A stretch of 62,953 nucleotides of DNA, the filler included, from Octopus bimaculoides (lineage: Eukaryota): assembly GCF_001194135.2 (NCBI RefSeq). It is 6 parts of 6 records of this genome, joined end to end, with 100 filler letters (N's around TTAATTAATTAA, not from the genome) between each part and the next. Parts side by side here need not be neighbours in the genome. Positions count along the whole stretch, not along the records: positions 60,193 to 62,953 come from NW_026331124.1; 5 more parts are not named here. The stretch is one strand, 5' to 3'. Of this stretch, positions 61,201 through 62,953 are shown in pieces (positions within the stretch are counted from its first letter, which is position 1; each line of letters begins with the position of its first letter). A program made the position numbers and the translations under genes. The notes below the pieces were generated by a model. That model saw only the letters and a list, made by a program, of their open reading frames with translations, had not been told where the DNA came from and made no database searches.

Positions 61201-61928
61201 NNNNNNNNNNNNNNNNNNNNNNNNNNNNNNNNNNNNNNNNNNNNNNNNNNNNNNNNNNNNNNNNNNNNNNNNNNNNNNNNNNNNNNNNNNNNNNNNNNNN
61301 NNNNNNNNNNNNNNNNNNNNNNNNNNNNNNNNNNNNNNNNNNNNNNNNNNNNNNNNNNNNNNNNNNNNNNNNNNNNNNNNNNNNNNNNNNNNNNNNNNNN
61401 NNNNNNNNNNNNNNNNNNNNNNNNNNNNNNNNNNNNNNNNNNNNNNNNNNNNNNNNNNNNNNNNNNNNNNNNNNNNNNNNNNNNNNNNNNNNNNNNNNNN
61501 NNNNNNNNNNNNNNNNNNNNNNNNNNNNNNNNNNNNNNNNNNNNNNNNNNNNNNNNNNNNNNNNNNNNNNNNNNNNNNNNNNNNNNNNNNNNNNNNNNNN
61601 NNNNNNNNNNNNNNNNNNNNNNNNNNNNNNNNNNNNNNNNNNNNNNNNNNNNNNNNNNNNNNNNNNNNNNNNNNNNNNNNNNNNNNNNNNNNNNNNNNNN
61701 NNNNNNNNNNNNNNNNNNNNNNNNNNNNNNNNNNNNNNNNNNNNNNNNNNNNNNNNNNNNNNNNNNNNNNNNNNNNNNNNNNNNNNNNNNNNNNNNNNNN
61801 NNNNNNNNNNNNNNNNNNNNNNNNNNNNNNNNNNNNNNNNNNNNNNNNNNNNNNNNNNNNNNNNNNNNNNNNNNNNNNNNNNNNNNNNNNNNNNNNNNNN
61901 NNNNNNNNNNNNNNNNNNNNNNNNNNNT

Positions 61929-62860
61929 GATAATCAGATGGTGGGTGGGACATCATTTCCCATTCAAACTGCTCAAGCCTTTGGAATGTCACCTTCGCTA
62001 TATGTGGCTGAGCATTATCCTGATGGAAGAACACCTTTCGTCTTGAAAACAAAGATGGTCGTTTTCCTCCTTGCGCTGACTTAAGCCGCTCAAGCTGCTC
62101 GCAGTAGATCTCCTTTGTTATTGTTCGGTTTGGGTTTAAAAGTTCAAAGTGGACTAAACCTTTCATACCCCACCAAACAGATAACAACACCTTACGTGGG
62201 TGAAGACCTTCTTTAGCCAGGGGTGCCGGTGTTTTTCCTTTCCCTACCCACTGTCTTCGACGCTTGACATTTTTATAGAGAACCCATTTCCCGTCACCAA
62301 TCACGATTCTGTCCAAAAAAAGTTCATGCGTGAAGACAGTGAAGAGCACACATTCACTCTCTGCACGCGATTAGACTCAGAATGTTTGTGAGGAACCCAT
62401 TGACCCAATTTACTGACTTTTCCGATGGCACGAAGGTGTTGATGAATGGTTGAATGACCAAATCCAAGCGTCTCTGCTAGTTCCTCAACAGTTACGACAG
62501 GAGTTTGGTCCACCAGGGTTTTCAGGACGTCCTGGCCGAGCTCTACAGATCTTCCAGGACGAGGTTTGTCTTCTAGGCTGTAGTTTCCGGTTCAGAATTT
62601 CTGGAACCACCATTGGTACTGGCTTACGCTTATTGTCCGACACCCACATACTGTATTAATATTCTTCGCACTTTCCGTTGCGTTGTTGCCTTCATTCAAC
62701 TCATAAAGCAAAATATGCCGAACATGTTCCTTTGTCACTTCGATTGTAGCTATGAAAAAATAACTGTTAAAATCTTGCACTAAGAATAAGTACAAGGTAA
62801 AATACTACCTGCTTTTATAGCAAGTTGATGCAGGTTGCTTATCCCGTCCCCCTCCGACTT
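61929..62860 (-). mobile_element. Mariner (DD34D) transposon, decayed, 3' end lost in the gap
   Basis: TKEHVRHILLYE, WVPHK, DRIVIGDGKWVLY, KVLLSVWW, FHQDNAQPH and HPPSDY. Confidence 0.95.
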
Positions 62861-62953
62861 TTAGTTCATGTATTTGACAAAATTGCATTATTTATGAGAT
62901 GACCCTGGTGCCATCCATTTTTATTTTATTTTATTTTATATTGTATATTGTAT

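Overview
AT-rich, repeat-saturated eukaryotic DNA with many N gaps. The tRNA-derived SINE families and compound microsatellites point to a coleoid cephalopod, most likely Octopus (recognised from the sequence; no database search was run). There are no prokaryotic features such as CRISPR arrays or operons. Most of the window is decayed mobile DNA: a HERO-type non-LTR element, several RTE LINE pieces, two Penelope-like RT fragments, one solo LTR and one 5' LTR with a PBS, Tc1, mariner, maT, Tigger/pogo, hAT and Chapaev3-like transposon relics, piggyBac and fold-back MITEs, Helitron/HINE-like ends, and dozens of SINEs. I labelled the SINE families A-D myself and did not map them to published names. 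Only one host coding exon is convincing: a terminal exon for a PAN/apple-like Cys-rich domain (37924-38192, +). Several promoter-like patches and orphan exons are low-confidence leads. The best leads are a minimal type-I hammerhead ribozyme (48178-48225), a stray 18S-3'-tip/ITS1 rDNA fragment (51020-51340, -), a 76-bp near-perfect hairpin (13162-13325), triple RFX-like X-boxes with a duplicated module (30316-31633), and a duplicated 37-nt micro-exon candidate (45668-46082). I could not demonstrate a new multi-gene system. Edges of decayed repeats are approximate to a few tens of bp.
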